DNA of 64,000 nucleotides from a phage: sequence record PZ338877.1; one strand, 5' to 3'. Shown piece by piece: positions 63,813 to 64,000 of this stretch (position 1 is its first letter; each line of letters starts with the position of its first letter). The notes under the pieces were generated by a model. It saw only the letters and a program-made list of their open reading frames with translations, ran no database searches and was not told where the DNA came from. The position numbers and the translations under genes were made by a program.

Positions 63813-64000
63813 AATTTCACCTTAGTTGGTAATGCACTGAATGCTATAGCTAATCCTAAAAACGGTTTGAAGCATGACCATAAATCCATCTGACCGTGAT
63901 ATGAGAAACTCCATTGTGGGTCTGAAAAACCCCATACCATGACACTAACCCCAAAGAAGAAGACTAGTATGTGGAATATGGGTATCAGTGCTTTTGATAT

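Noticed and set aside
63823-64000. Partial minus-strand ORF at the right edge
   Set aside because: In-frame stops occur within about 15 codons of the window edge, so no gene continues into the window here

Overview
This 64-kb window is from a large virulent tailed phage with a contractile (myovirus-type) tail, not a bacterial chromosome: it is AT-rich, with genes tightly packed in long co-directional blocks. Layout: (1) frd-td nucleotide genes on the plus strand (1-2.4 kb); (2) a ~23-kb minus-strand late block with two lambda-Stf/T4-gp37-like tail fibers, a Mu/P2-like baseplate, tape measure, sheath and tube, lambda-E-like capsid, protease/scaffold, portal and large terminase; (3) a ~5-kb minus-strand cluster of about 26 tRNAs interleaved with inverted-repeat-bounded structured RNA elements, one carrying a circularly permuted tRNA-like domain, next to a gene with a vWA MIDAS motif that may be Ro60/TROVE-like; (4) a plus-strand block with an Ig-domain protein, a GH24 endolysin and small ORFs; (5) a 1.6-kb ORF-free, iteron-rich region; (6) a hyperplastic minus-strand block of small genes, each preceded by one of two conserved stem-loop/RBS cassettes; (7) a right-hand minus-strand block with a macro-domain-like protein, a spanin pair, a secreted transglycosylase, rIIA/rIIB, an adjacent Nampt-like + PRPP-synthetase-like NAD+ pair, an HNH endonuclease and nrdG. 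The strongest candidates for a novel system are the Ro60-like/Y-RNA-like module in the tRNA cluster and the NAD+ reconstitution pair with a nearby macro-domain protein. All calls rest on reading the sequence and ORF translations by eye; no database search was run, and tRNA and motif coordinates are approximate (about +/-3 nt).
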